In this document: one piece after another, positions 39,660-58,468 of the stretch
Layout of the letters: every line of letters starts with the position of its first letter
How positions within the stretch are numbered: the stretch's first letter is position 1
NCBI GenBank assembly: GCA_029717555.1
Contig: JAMDHS010000020.1
Span: 1-64,000, forward strand
DNA length: 64,000 nucleotides
From: Peribolospora baueri
Lineage: Eukaryota
Direction of reading: 5' to 3'
The notes under the pieces: model-generated
Told to the model about the DNA's origin: nothing
Databases searched by the model: none
Seen by the model: only the letters and a program-made list of their open reading frames with translations
Program-made: the position numbers and the translations under genes

Positions 39660-40275
39660 AGCCTTTCGATTTGGAACCGGGCACTACGCCTCCCTTTAGT
39701 CGGCTCTGCAATCTGTCGGAACGGGAACTCGAAGCTCTCCGCGTCTGGCTCGACAAAAACCCGCGCATTCATCCGCCCCTCGAAGTCATCCGCAGGTGCT
39801 CCAATCCTTTTCGTCATAGCGTCGACTGCCACAGACTCAACTCGATTACCAAGGAGAATCGACTTGCGCTTTCGCTCATTTCCGACACGCTGGATCGACT
39901 CCGTGGCGCCAAAATCTTCACGTCCTTGGACCTCCGTGATCCTACACCCCATCCGGATCAAGGACGGAGACGAATGGACGACTGCCTTTCGCACGAAGTA
40001 CGGACATTTCGAATTGGTCGTCATGCCTTTCGGTCTTACTAACGCTCCCGCGACGTTCCAAGAACACGAGCCCCAGATCGAAGGGCATCAGTATCTCTCG
40101 GTTCAACTGCGCTGGGTCACATCTAACTTGGGTCACGAATCGGTTCTCGTGACAGCGATACTCGACAATGGCTCGCAGGGCGACTTCATCAACGAAGCCC
40201 TCGTTCGACGGTGCGACATCCCCACTCTCGAACTCAGTCAGCCTCGCGACATCTCGGCCGTCAACGGCGAATAAC
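39660..40275 (+). mobile_element. Degenerate Ty3/Gypsy pol fragment (N-terminal RT followed by aspartic-protease remnant)
   Basis: [54 protein letters not shown], [frameshift] [35 protein letters not shown], then [16 protein letters not shown]. No YxDD, RNase H or integrase. Confidence 0.9.
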
Positions 40276-40349
40276 TCAACACCCGGCAACCCGCTACGCC
40301 TCGCTTTCTCTCGCAGTTGGACCACACCTCGAACGACATACGTTCACGG

Positions 40350-41890
40350 TCACGAACCTTGGAGTGCTCTTCCCTCCGTCCTCACCATCTATACCCACCC
40401 GTCCTGCCGACGTCCCCTCCCCCTCCATCGCCTCCTCCCTCCACATCCCCCGAGCGCCAGCTTCCCCCGGCGCCTTGTCCTCCCCTCCCTCATATCACCC
40501 TCCCCATCCACCGCCCACCTCGCCCAGCCCACCCACCTTTCCCCATCCCTCCTCCCCCGCGCTCGCCGCCCCGTCACCGTCGCCCTATCTTGACCCGGCC
40601 ATACACACGTACGCCATCGCCCACCCGTCCCCGCCCGTTCTTCTCGCCACCCATCCTCATCCACCTCGATCACGACCAGCACGACTTTTGCACGCTCGCC
40701 CTTTGCCTCCGAACCCCCTCTCCTCTCCTCACCATCGCCCTCGTCCTCGTCCACCCGCCACCCTCTGTCTCCTTTCGTCTTCCTGGCTATCTCGCGTTTC
40801 GGCCAGCACACCTCCCTCGCAGCGGCCTTTTCCTTCGCCTCCGAGCCAGTCTCGCCAGTCAGCCAGCCAGTCAGCTAGTCACTCACTCAGTCAGGCTGTC
40901 GACGGTGTCGTCGTCGTCGTCCTCGGCGCCGCTCAACACGAGCATTCCCCCTCGTCGCTGGGCCCCACGCTCATCGTCGTCTGCGTTGAGGCATCCCTGA
41001 CCAGTCTCCATCTCGCCCTCTTCTTCTTCCTCCTTCTTTTCCCTTCGCTCCCCCTTTCGCTCTCCGCTCCCTTCTTCCTCACTTAGGCTGGACGTCGTCT
41101 GAGTGGCGGGGCAAAGGTAAAATAAAATAAAAAAGATAACGACGCAAGGTCGTCGTCGTCGTCGCTCGCTGGCACCGACCGACCGACGTCAACGTCACAC
41201 GGCCCTCGTACTTGCGTCGTCGTCCTCCTCATCTCCCTCCTCGTCACCCTTCAGTCCGACTTGGCGGACAGTCGCCGAGCGCAGGGCCGTGCCGTGCGGT
41301 GCCCCTCCACGACACCTAATCGGGACGTTGTCCACAGCTAGCTCGGCTCGGCGCGGGCCATGCAGGGGCAGTTCAGGTCAAGTCAGGTCAGGTCGGGTGA
41401 GATCAGGCCAGATCAGGCGCTCATCGTCACCGACGATAAGTTGAACAAGCGGGGTGAGTCTCTTCTCCCTCGTTGCCGCCGTTCGTAGACGCACCCACCC
41501 GCATCTGCCCACGTCATGTCCGCCCGCCTCCATCTCCATCTCCATCTCCACACTCTCGGACGCGTCGCGTCGGACCCGGAGCGATTTGAGCTCTTAATGG
41601 GGAAAAAACCGCAGACAGCTCGCGTTGACCACGACCCCGCTCTCGCTTTCCTTCATATTTGCCTTTTTCGTCTTTTCCTCCTTCTCTCTTCTTGGCATGC
41701 CCATCCACGCCGCCCCTCTTCGTCTCGTCTCGTCTAGCATCGCACCGGCATCGCATCGCATCGACCCTTTGTTCTCGCTTGAGCCATCTCCCTCACCCGG
41801 ATGTCGGCACCTCAGCCTCGTTCCCCACCTTGGATATCGCACTCTTCTCCGCCACAGCGCAGAGGGTCTGTTCGCCCACGGCATTCTCCC
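40350..41890. repeat. Pyrimidine-rich low-complexity region with degenerate microsatellites (CCT, TCG, CAGC, GGTCA)
   Basis: Extreme C/T skew on the + strand; the ORFs here are Pro/Ser-rich artefacts. Confidence 0.7.
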
Positions 41891-41899
41891 CTAGCGTCG

Positions 41900-42182
41900 A
41901 GTCGAGGTGGACGCAAGAGCAAGGGGGCACGAGTAGGCTGGAAGCCAGCAAGCAAGGGTAGCAAGGTTCGAGGCAAAAGGATACAAGACGAGACGAGGCG
42001 AGGGACTAGGTGAGGTCAAGGCGAAGGCGAGAGCAAGGCGAAGGCGAGAGCAAGGCGAGGGAAGACAAGATGAGGGCAAGACAAGAGGGCCGAGGTAGGA
42101 TGTGCCGTCAGGATGGGATAGGGGATGAGATATCGGATATCCAGCCTACTCGTGTCCCCTTGCTCTTGCGTCCACCTCGACT
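41900..42182. repeat. 43-bp inverted repeat (42/43 identity) around a ~197-bp purine-rich spacer; MITE-like or local inversion
   Basis: AGTCGAGGTGGACGCAAGAGCAAGGGGGCACGAGTAGGCTGGA (41900-41942) and its reverse complement at 42140-42182. Confidence 0.85.
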
Positions 42183-42840
42183 GGCCGCTCCCGGACGCAC
42201 TCACGCTTGCACTCGACTTGCTGCCGTTACACTCTAATCAATCACCTCCAGCGAGTGACCTTTCCTGGCCAACATGGCTACATCACAGGTATCATCCCGC
42301 CTCTCTAGCAAGCGTCATCAAGCTGGACGGTTTGCTTCATTTAGCGGAGCATCGACGCCTTCGACTTTCCGTAACCAGAGTCCACGTGAATGGATGCAAG
42401 ACGTTGATTTTCTTTTGCCGCCGTTTGTTCTCGTCAACTCGTTGATTGGCGACCATGCCTGCAGGTGCTCACCTCTCGCCCAACGTTGCTTAGTGTCTGA
42501 CAGTGAACGTCTCTCTCCGCAGTAATGCGTCAGTCAGCCAGTCTGTGGATCAAACAAGTTTGCCAATCAAGCCAGCTGAGCCTCGGCCAGGCCAAAGTAA
42601 GCTCTTTCCCTCCCTCCTCCCCTCGTCGTTCCACCCCTCTGTCCGCCAGTCTTCACAGTCTCCTTCCTCGCCGTCCAGGCCAAGCCTTGAGTCGCCTTCT
42701 AATGAATTCATCGTCGTTTGTGATGGCGCGGAGACATGGCGCGACGGACAATAGGACATGTGCGCATATGACAAGAGTTCGAACACGGCAAGAAGTGACT
42801 TGTCTCCAGCCCGCACGCCGCTCAAATCCAGTCACCACGC

Positions 42841-43716
42841 TTAGACCGCCCGCTTGTTCTCGCCTTTCTCGGCCTCCTCGAGGAACTGCTTGATGAAAGC
42901 TTCCTCGTCGCTGTGAATCGCACAGAAGCGAAGAGCACGAGATACAACAGTCAGTTCGTTTGGCCATATATTGAGATATGACGTTCTGGCCCAGCACGTA
43001 TGCCGACGTATCCGAAGGCACCGGGGCACTGTTGTTAAGGACGCCGCGCCGACCACGTAGCCGTTGAGGCGCGTGCCTGCCGAACAACAAGATAGCGACC
43101 CACGGCGAGCGCAAGTACGCAGTCCCACTCTGCAAAACTGAGCAGAGATGACCAGGCAGCCACCACATCGCGCCTGGAGCACGTCCGCTCCCCGGCGATG
43201 CATCGGACAAGCAAATCACCCCACCACCGCGAGCGTATCGTCTCGTCCTCCAAACAAGCCGACAAAAGTCACCTCCATCATTGACATCGTCACCGCCATC
43301 ATCCCGTCATCGTAACTGATTGGTGGACTCACCTAGACGACGCGTTGAGCGGCGGAGAGGGCTTGGAAGCCTTGGCGTCGGCAGAGCTATCCTTCTTGTC
43401 GGACGAGCCTCCGCGGGTGGCCGCCCAGGCGATGAGGCCCGTAGTGCCAAAGGTGGCCAAGGCGAGCTGTGGAGGCGAACATGCACAGGAAGGAAGCCGA
43501 ACATACCGGTGAGATCGGCAAGGTCGAGATTTTCGAGTGGAAGAAAAAGGGAGAGTATCAAGCGGAGGGCGAAATGGTTAAGTACGGAAGCCCTGTACGA
43601 TCGATTGGCAGGAGCGTGAAGAATAGGCGGGAAGGAAAGAGAGAAAGTAGGGCAAAGAAAACAAAAACACTGACGTGCTCGTTGAGGACCTTCCTGCCGG
43701 CGATGACGTACGACAT
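42841..43716 (-). CDS. ATP19: Mitochondrial ATP synthase subunit k (81 aa, three coding exons)
   Basis: Exons 43675-43716, 43333-43466 and 42841-42910 splice in frame to MSYVIAGRKVLNEH|LALATFGTTGLIAWAATRGG..PPLNASSS|DEEAFIKQFLEEAEKGENKRAV-stop. Confidence 0.85.
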
Positions 43717-44650
43717 GTTGGCTGTTTCAGAAAAGGACGAGAAAAGAGCAAGTGTCAGACGCATGGGAGATGAGATATAATATATATCTTAGCTCAAGCC
43801 GAGACAAAGACAGGGCGGGACGAGCAGAGAAGGACTGGTAAGACTAGTAACGGAGATGGTTATGGCCTCACATGATCGGAAGGACCTACAGGTCATCCGA
43901 GAGAGCAGCAAGAAAGAGGGTAGTCAGCATTGACTGATCCAAAAGTGCACAGGGACGGCCATCTGGCCTTGCTTGAGCTGAGCAAAGCAGAGAGTGATTA
44001 GGGACACTCACAAATCGGAAAGATGAAGAAGGATAACCGATGGTGTGTCGTGAAGGCGAGATCAAGCGAGCGGTTCTTCCACACGGCTCGCCGGTCGTCG
44101 CCGCACCCGCCTGAACGGCGATGGGCACGTGTGCGGCGTGCGAGAGCGTGCGAGACAATAGGTCACGTGCAATTTGGAATGTACGACATGCGACGGGCAC
44201 CTCCCTCGGCACTCTCCATTTCTGCATCTCCGACAGCTCTTATGGGAATGCATTCCAATTAAATGGTGAGCATCGGTTCGTAGCTACCTCGTTTTCGAGT
44301 TCCTCCTTCGCCGCAAGGATCGGCCCTGTTGTTCCTTGGCTTCTGCGAGAACATCACACTCCGGGGAAGGTCGAGTTAGATGTCCCCGACGTCAGGCGGG
44401 AGGCGCCTATCTCCGTCCGAGTTTGGCGCTCTCGGCCGAGAGTCACGGCGAGATCGGCCACGAGTGGGTTTATGGTGGAAGGAAAGGATGCAAAATGTCA
44501 GTTACGTACAAATATTGTATCTCGTCGTCGTCGTCGTCTTCGACCCCAGCCAGAGGCGAACATCCTCTTCATCCTCTTCATCGTCGTCTTCGACCCAGCT
44601 AGAGACGGAAGACCTCCTGCACCGGCAGTCTTCGCGGATCCTCCTCCCAC

Positions 44651-52084
<7,434 letters not shown>

Positions 52085-52212
52085 TGAGGGGAAAGTAGCT
52101 TATTAACGACTATGCCATGCGAAGGTTGTCCCCTCGGGTGCAATAACCGTTCAGGTTCCAAGAAGGTCGCTCTAATGTTCCGCACGGATAGCACTACATG
52201 TAGATACGTGCT

Positions 52213-54521
52213 CTAGTAGCCCAGCTCCGCTCGACGCAAGGCCTTACTCTTCTGGCGAAGGTCCTTCCTCCATTCAGGTGTCAGGTTCCATCCCTCTTTG
52301 CTGCTTTTGGGATCTGGCTTTTGACCGCCGAGCCATTGCACAAGACCATCAACTGATGCGGTCGAATTTTAAAAATCGGTTAGTCCAGATCGGCAGGGGT
52401 AGTTTGTTGAGGCGCGTAACGAAGGCGCACTCACTGTACGCAAAGTCGGCGGGCCAACCGAGGTTGTGGTATTGGAGACCAGAAAGACTTTCTACGTCCG
52501 GACCCTCTCCCTCGTCAAGTTTTGCGCTAAGATCCCATCGACGAGGATCACTTTGCAAGAGTTTTCTCGGCCGTGGGGGTGGGGCCGGTGTCTCTCCGCT
52601 CCAGACACTAGCGACAACGCGCGCCTGAGCTTGAGTGAGCGGGAAAGGGACGATAATGTTGGCTGGTAGACGATGTCGATCGTCAAGTGTCAGCCAAATC
52701 GCCCCGATCAAAACGAAAGAGAGAAAATTGTTGCGCACGAGAGCCCAAGATTGCGAGAGAGCTGTCGCCCGCGTAAAACAGCTGCCAATCGTCAAGATTG
52801 TGTAGTCGAGACGCTCCTCCCTCCGGTTTCGGAGATGGGACGGTGCTGGTGAGTCCGCTCGTGAACGGCGCATGCAACGACTCTATGAGCAAGGGCTTGC
52901 TCAGAAAAGGCTCGACTGTTTGATCCACTGGAAATGGCAACCCAAGGTCATCAATATCGCGGAGACTGGTAGCCTGACGAGCTAGACACGACACTCACAG
53001 AAAGGCATGTCGAACAGGAACCCTGCGGAACAAAAAACAGCTCGACTATAAGTAACGCTCAATAGGGACGGACGGTCCGTACTTCCAATTTTCCGTGTTA
53101 ATGGCTAAAAGCGGGTTGCTTACCAGTGCCAAACACAAGGACATCCACGTCACGCAGAATGGTGCCATCGACAAAATGAATGACTCCTTTGCTATTCTCC
53201 GCGTCCGGCTCATCTATCTTGCTGATGGGAGGCAGGACGTGAATGCGCTTAGTCCATTCGGGGCTGTCCGGGTTTCTAGGGTCGTAGTCCAGTATCGGTG
53301 CGGAACGAACGCTCTGATAGACCTTCACAGGAGGCTCTGAGGAGCTCGCGCGTGCTGACCATTCTGAGGAGCCCTCAAAGGACCTCGCCAGCTTTCCCAC
53401 CAATTCTCGACACACGTCGCTTCCGGATGATGCGTTGCCGACTACGAGGACGGTCTGAACGAGCAAGGAGACGAACGAGGAACGGCGAACAGGCGTCAGA
53501 CTCATTTCTCACCACTTGAAATTAGCTCTGATAAAGTAAGCATTCACCTTTCCGGAGAAGATAAGCGGCGTCCGGTAGAAGGACGTATGGAGGACTTCAC
53601 CCCTAAAGCGATCGAGTCCTTCGACCATTGGGAGACTACCCTTATTGCATCGTCCGTTAGAAACCTTCAAGGAACAGGGACAAAGATATCAGCATAAACG
53701 ACAATGCAGAACAAACGACAATGCAGAACAGGCGGGCGATCATGACTCACGACAACGCAATCGAACTCTTCGCTGCGAACTTCTGGGGTACCAGAAGTGC
53801 TCGAGAACTGAATGCGCCATCTAGAAGGTTCGGCACTTTTGGACACCCTTTCCAAGCGACGAACTAGTGTGTCGAAAAGAATGTGACGCTCGAGATCTTG
53901 TTCTCGGGCAAAGCGGTGAAGATACTCATTCACGGTTTCTAAACAAACCAAAAGGTATGAATGAGGGGTGATATGAACATGTCCACCTTGCGTTATTAGC
54001 GCCGTTCTGATGATCTTTTCGGTAGCTCACTCACCTCTGGTAGGGAAGGTGGCGGTGTCGGGCGGAAATGGGAAATCCCTGTAAGACATAAGAGCCTGAG
54101 AAAAGAGGTCGAAGCCAAGCGAGGCTTAATTCAAGCTCGGTGGGCAACAGAAGAATGGGCCGCCCTCACCGAGGGAATGTTTGTCCGCAGGCCCTCGTAC
54201 ATAGCTGACGCGAAGCAGCCCTGAGGCTGAGAAGGATCCTGCACAAAGGCCTTTCCCTGCGAGTCACACATGATCTCGCATTTCCCGGGCTCTTCGTAAT
54301 TCCATACACCCCCAACTTGGCTGCGTCGCTCGAACACGGTGACCCGGAAACCTGGTGGGGACGCACGGTCTCCGTTAAGAATATGCCCAGTCGCCTCTTC
54401 TCGAGTTAACTGGTACTCAAGACGAAGGCAGCTCACCCTTCTCGAGGAGCTGCTGAAGAGCAGCCAGCCCAGCCGAACCGGCCCCAATGACGGCGACTTT
54501 TCCACCCAGCGGCTTGGTCAT
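52213..54521 (-). CDS. Flavin-containing monooxygenase (class B FMO)
   Basis: KVAVIGAGSAG, FERRSQVGGVWNY, SAMYEGLRTNIP, FMO motif FRGEVLHTSFYR, VVGNASSGSD, VFGTG; TAG at 52213-52215. Confidence 0.92.
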
Positions 54522-54715
54522 GTTCACGGGAGACGAATGCAGCTTTGGGGCCAGACGGCCTCGGCTTCCTCCTTAAAGAGCGAACTGACCTTCCTTTCAT
54601 GGAGAAGAAGGCACCTCCAGAAGCACGCCATCTGACTGCGGTCGGTCGTCGGCGCACGTGGTCGGCGCACTTGAGCTGGCTCGACCGGGGGCAGCTCATC
54701 TGATCTTTGCTTCGA

Positions 54716-56109
54716 ATGGCTGCAATGACCGCGACGCACGACCCCTTCGCTAGCAACGTCGAGCTTCCGCTCTCGCCGGCGGAGCCGTCGTACGTAGAAG
54801 CTGATGAGGAGGACACCTCGCGCCCTAAGCAGCAGGCACCCGCTGAGGCGAAGCCGAGCACACAGTACAACCCCAGCACCTTGTCCGGTAACCTCGGATC
54901 AGCTCCTCGTGGAGGGCAGGTAAGCAGAAAGGCTACCGAATTAAGGAGATGCATACGGACATAGTCACCGTCTGGTCAGATGGTTGATGAGCGTGGACGC
55001 AATCGACTTCTTTCAAGGCTCGCAACTTCGGTCCCTCGACAGCGACTTTCGCTGGCACCCGGGCGGAGACGGTCAGTCCAGCAGAGCACCCATGTCAATC
55101 AGGAAAGAGCAAAAAGAGCACGCTTAGTGACTAAGGCCTATGCTTATTTTGGCCTTCAGAGGTACACAGGAGTGGATACCCTCGATGAGCCTCTTACAGA
55201 GACAATCGTGAGATGACTTCTTCAATCGCGCTCGAGGCATTCTTGGTGACATTGCAATTGCAGGTGTGCTCAACTTGTTTCTTTGCCCTATGTGCATAGC
55301 GTCGCGATGTGCGCGCGATATACTCGAAGACCGTCCTCGTTCTGTGGCCGTCACAACACGCCAATGCAGTTCTTCGCGATTGGGACCTTTGGGGCCCTCT
55401 TGTGTTCGTCTTGACGCTGGCCATCCTACTCAGCTTTAATGTGAGATCCTCGGCCGTTGATTTATCGCGTGGCAGAGCAACACTGACTTCCCTGACCACT
55501 GCTCCTATTTCTGCACATTAGGCCTCTCCAGAACAAGCACTGCCGATTTTCACCAGCGTGTTCTCTATTGTATGGGTAAGTTTCAGCCCGGTGGGGTGGG
55601 CCTCTGCAATGAAATGTCGCTGATCTTTCCTCACTCTTCGTCGTCCAGCTCGGTTCTATTGTCGTCACCATGAATGCCAAGCTACTGGGCGGAAAACTGT
55701 GCGCATTTTTGTTGCCAACGGACGGCCGACAACCGTCTGTATCTTCAGCTTACCGGTCATCCCTTCTCCCCACCCCTTTCAGCTCGTTCTTCCAATCCCT
55801 CTCAGCTTTGGGGTATTGTCTAGCGCCCATTGTGGCGGCCTCCTTGGTCTCCGTCTTTGTTCGATCGATTATTGTTCGGTGAGTATTGAGTGGTCCTGTC
55901 TTGGTTCGCATCACTGTGAGAACAAGCTAACTCAGTCCTGCGATGGTCGCAGCGTCCCCGTCTGCCTCGGTTCCTTCGTATGGTCTCTCTGGGCTGCGAC
56001 TAAGTTTGTGGGTTCGAGCTCTCTGCAGCAAGACCGTGTCCTTCTGGCAGTCTATCCCCTTTTCCTATTCTACTTCATCTTGTCCTGGTATACTCTCGTT
56101 CAAAAGTGA
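54716..56109 (+). CDS. YIP1-family Golgi membrane protein (YIPF6/Yip4-like)
   Basis: DTLDEPLTETI, LRDWDLWGPLVFVL, VTMNAKLLGGK, SFFQSLSALGYCLAP, LAVYPLFLFY. Confidence 0.9.
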
Positions 56110-56237
56110 AGGGAAGGCGACTTTCACCCTTCAACAGCCCTCAACGGAGTTCTGTACATTCCAATTCCGTCGGAGGCGTACATACAACGACATTGCAGCA
56201 GCCGCTGCAAATCGAACCCGTCGTTCAAGGCTCGTCG

Positions 56238-58286
56238 TCACAGCGCGAGCGACGAGAACAATTGCGGCATTTCGCTAGCTGGTGCAAAGTCTGGCAGAAG
56301 CAGCTGCTGAACCGACTCCCCATTTTCGACCATCTTCCCTGGCTGCCGTCGAGCCGGGTTGTTGTCCGTAAGAATGAGCGTACAGCCGTAGCACAACTGT
56401 TGTCGTAGATCGACATCGTCCGCCGCATCGCGTACCGTCTCTGGGAGCGTTTCTGAACCAGGTGGAGGAGCAGATCGACTTGAGATAGTGATGTTGGCTT
56501 TCCAATCTTGCGCCCCAGCTTTTGACGGCCTATACCGCAAACGCGAGTCGGGTGGGCTCATTATGTTAGCGCTACTCCTTTCAAACTTGCTGATACAAGG
56601 GGTTCTTACATTCCACAGAGAGGGCAAGCTCCGCAGCCATCCCAATATGGTATATTGGCCTGCGACGACAGCTTGTAACCATCCGAATGTGGCGAAGAAG
56701 GCGATTCAGATGCACCTTGAGGATCATGGACAAGCTTCGACCCGGTGCGAGCAATTGTGGCCACGGTGGACGCTTGCTCTCGCTCAAGGGCGACGACGAA
56801 ACCTTGCCAGGAAACCAGTCAATGTCAGTCGCATACCCAGAGACGTCCATGGTCGTTATAATGATACATACTTTCCGAGAGTCGACCCAAACTGGCCTTG
56901 GCTGCCGCAGCTGTGGTGAAGGCCCGCGATGGCAACCATTGAAGGCCCTCAAGGCGGTTGAAGAACGCCACTTCCTTGGCCAGCATAGAACTGGCCGGGC
57001 GAATAACCGAAAGATCTGCGGAGAAAGATTAGGGAGAAAGCAATTATATAATCATCCTCGCGACCGCCACCTTCCTTGCATGAGCTAAAGATTCCGAAAA
57101 TAGAGCACACCGTCCAGCTGGATAGCATTTGACAGCTCCACAGCCACTTGGCCACCTCTTCCTTTGCCCATCCGATCAAATATGCTGGCTGCAAGGTTGG
57201 TGCTTGTATCGCCGAGGAGAAGAGTAGAGCACCCCCGCCGACGTGCTGTGAGTTCTAACAGGCGCCTGAGCAGGATTCGGTGAAGGTCCTCGACGGCGGT
57301 CAATGAGGAAGACCGGGATATGGAGGCGAAGAGCTGACGGAGCAGCTCTTCAGAATTAGTCTGCACTGACTGCCTTGTCAGGGTCATCGTCATGCCTGTA
57401 GTCAATGTCGACACTGCTTCAGCGCCATCATAGTCATGAGGCCCAGACATGCGCACGTACCTTCCTCGCGGGAGCAACGTTCAGCCGCAAGTGCCGTCCT
57501 ATGGGCCTCAGTTCCATCGGCCCTCCTATGAAATACGTCTTCAAGCTTGACTGCCACAAGCGGAAGTCCCTCTGCCTCCACAATCGCTCGAACCTCATCC
57601 GTGCGATCAACGGCCTGAAAGAGAGCACATCTCGACATGAGGTGAATCTTCTCAATGTGAAATGGGTTTCTTTATTGAGATCAAACGCACCCCTGGAATT
57701 ACCGCGCTATCGTCCACGAAAACAACCTCTACGCTGGCGAAATTCTGCACGGGCGCATTAGGTCGAAGGTAGTGCTTGATCCCATGCAAGACCGAGCTAT
57801 CAAAGACCAAAAAAAGGCGAAAACCCAAAAGCGGTCTTAGCTTGGGGTCATTGGGCTCGATGCGGGGTGGGTCTCACCGGGATGAAGGGCCTCCGGAGAA
57901 GGCTATCATAACCTTCCGATCCCGCGCCACCGTGCGGACGATATCCATCTGCTTCCTGAATTTGTTCCGCCAACTGTGGACGAAACAGGGTCTGTAGAGA
58001 AGTGGGCGTCGTTCAGACACATGAGCGGTGATCCGCCCGTTCTTGATGGAGCAAACCGTTGACAGCTTACGAGCAGTACGCCACATGTCGGACAACGATG
58101 GAAGGCTTGGCCGCTTTACACCGGATGCACGACTTGAGACGACTCTTTGTCCGTCCTGAAACGGCAGACATTCAGGCACCACGTCAATCAATTGGCCAGG
58201 ACTTGCACAAGAATGGGGTGGTGACAATCCCAGTGCGCACCAGCAATCGTGTTATCACTTGACTCCTTTCCGTTACAGCCAGACAT
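56238..58286 (-). CDS. NCS2: Cytoplasmic tRNA 2-thiolation protein 2 (CTU2)
   Basis: Degenerate PP-loop IAFSGGPSS, EDLHRILLRRLL, LLLGDTSTNLAA..MGKGRG, C-terminal LCYGC. Exon structure only partly resolved. Confidence 0.85.
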
Positions 58287-58468
58287 CTTCGAGGTTGCGA
58301 AGAGTCAAGCTGCCGACGCCGCTCGCGGCGGTCAAATCCCATGAGAACGTCTGCCGGCCGCAGTCAAGTCCCTACGCGATCGAGTTGCGTGTTGATTAAC
58401 GCGTCCTCATCGTCCGCCTATCCACATCGGTTCTCTCCAAGCATTGGAATGGAGCTACGAGCGCAAAG

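Noticed and set aside
40211..41086. Pro/Ser-rich 291-aa and 227-aa ORFs
   Set aside because: By-products of C/T-rich low-complexity DNA.
36600..42800. CRISPR-like or prokaryotic system in the repeat island
   Set aside because: The repeats are pairs without regular spacers, there are no cas-like ORFs, and the context is eukaryotic.
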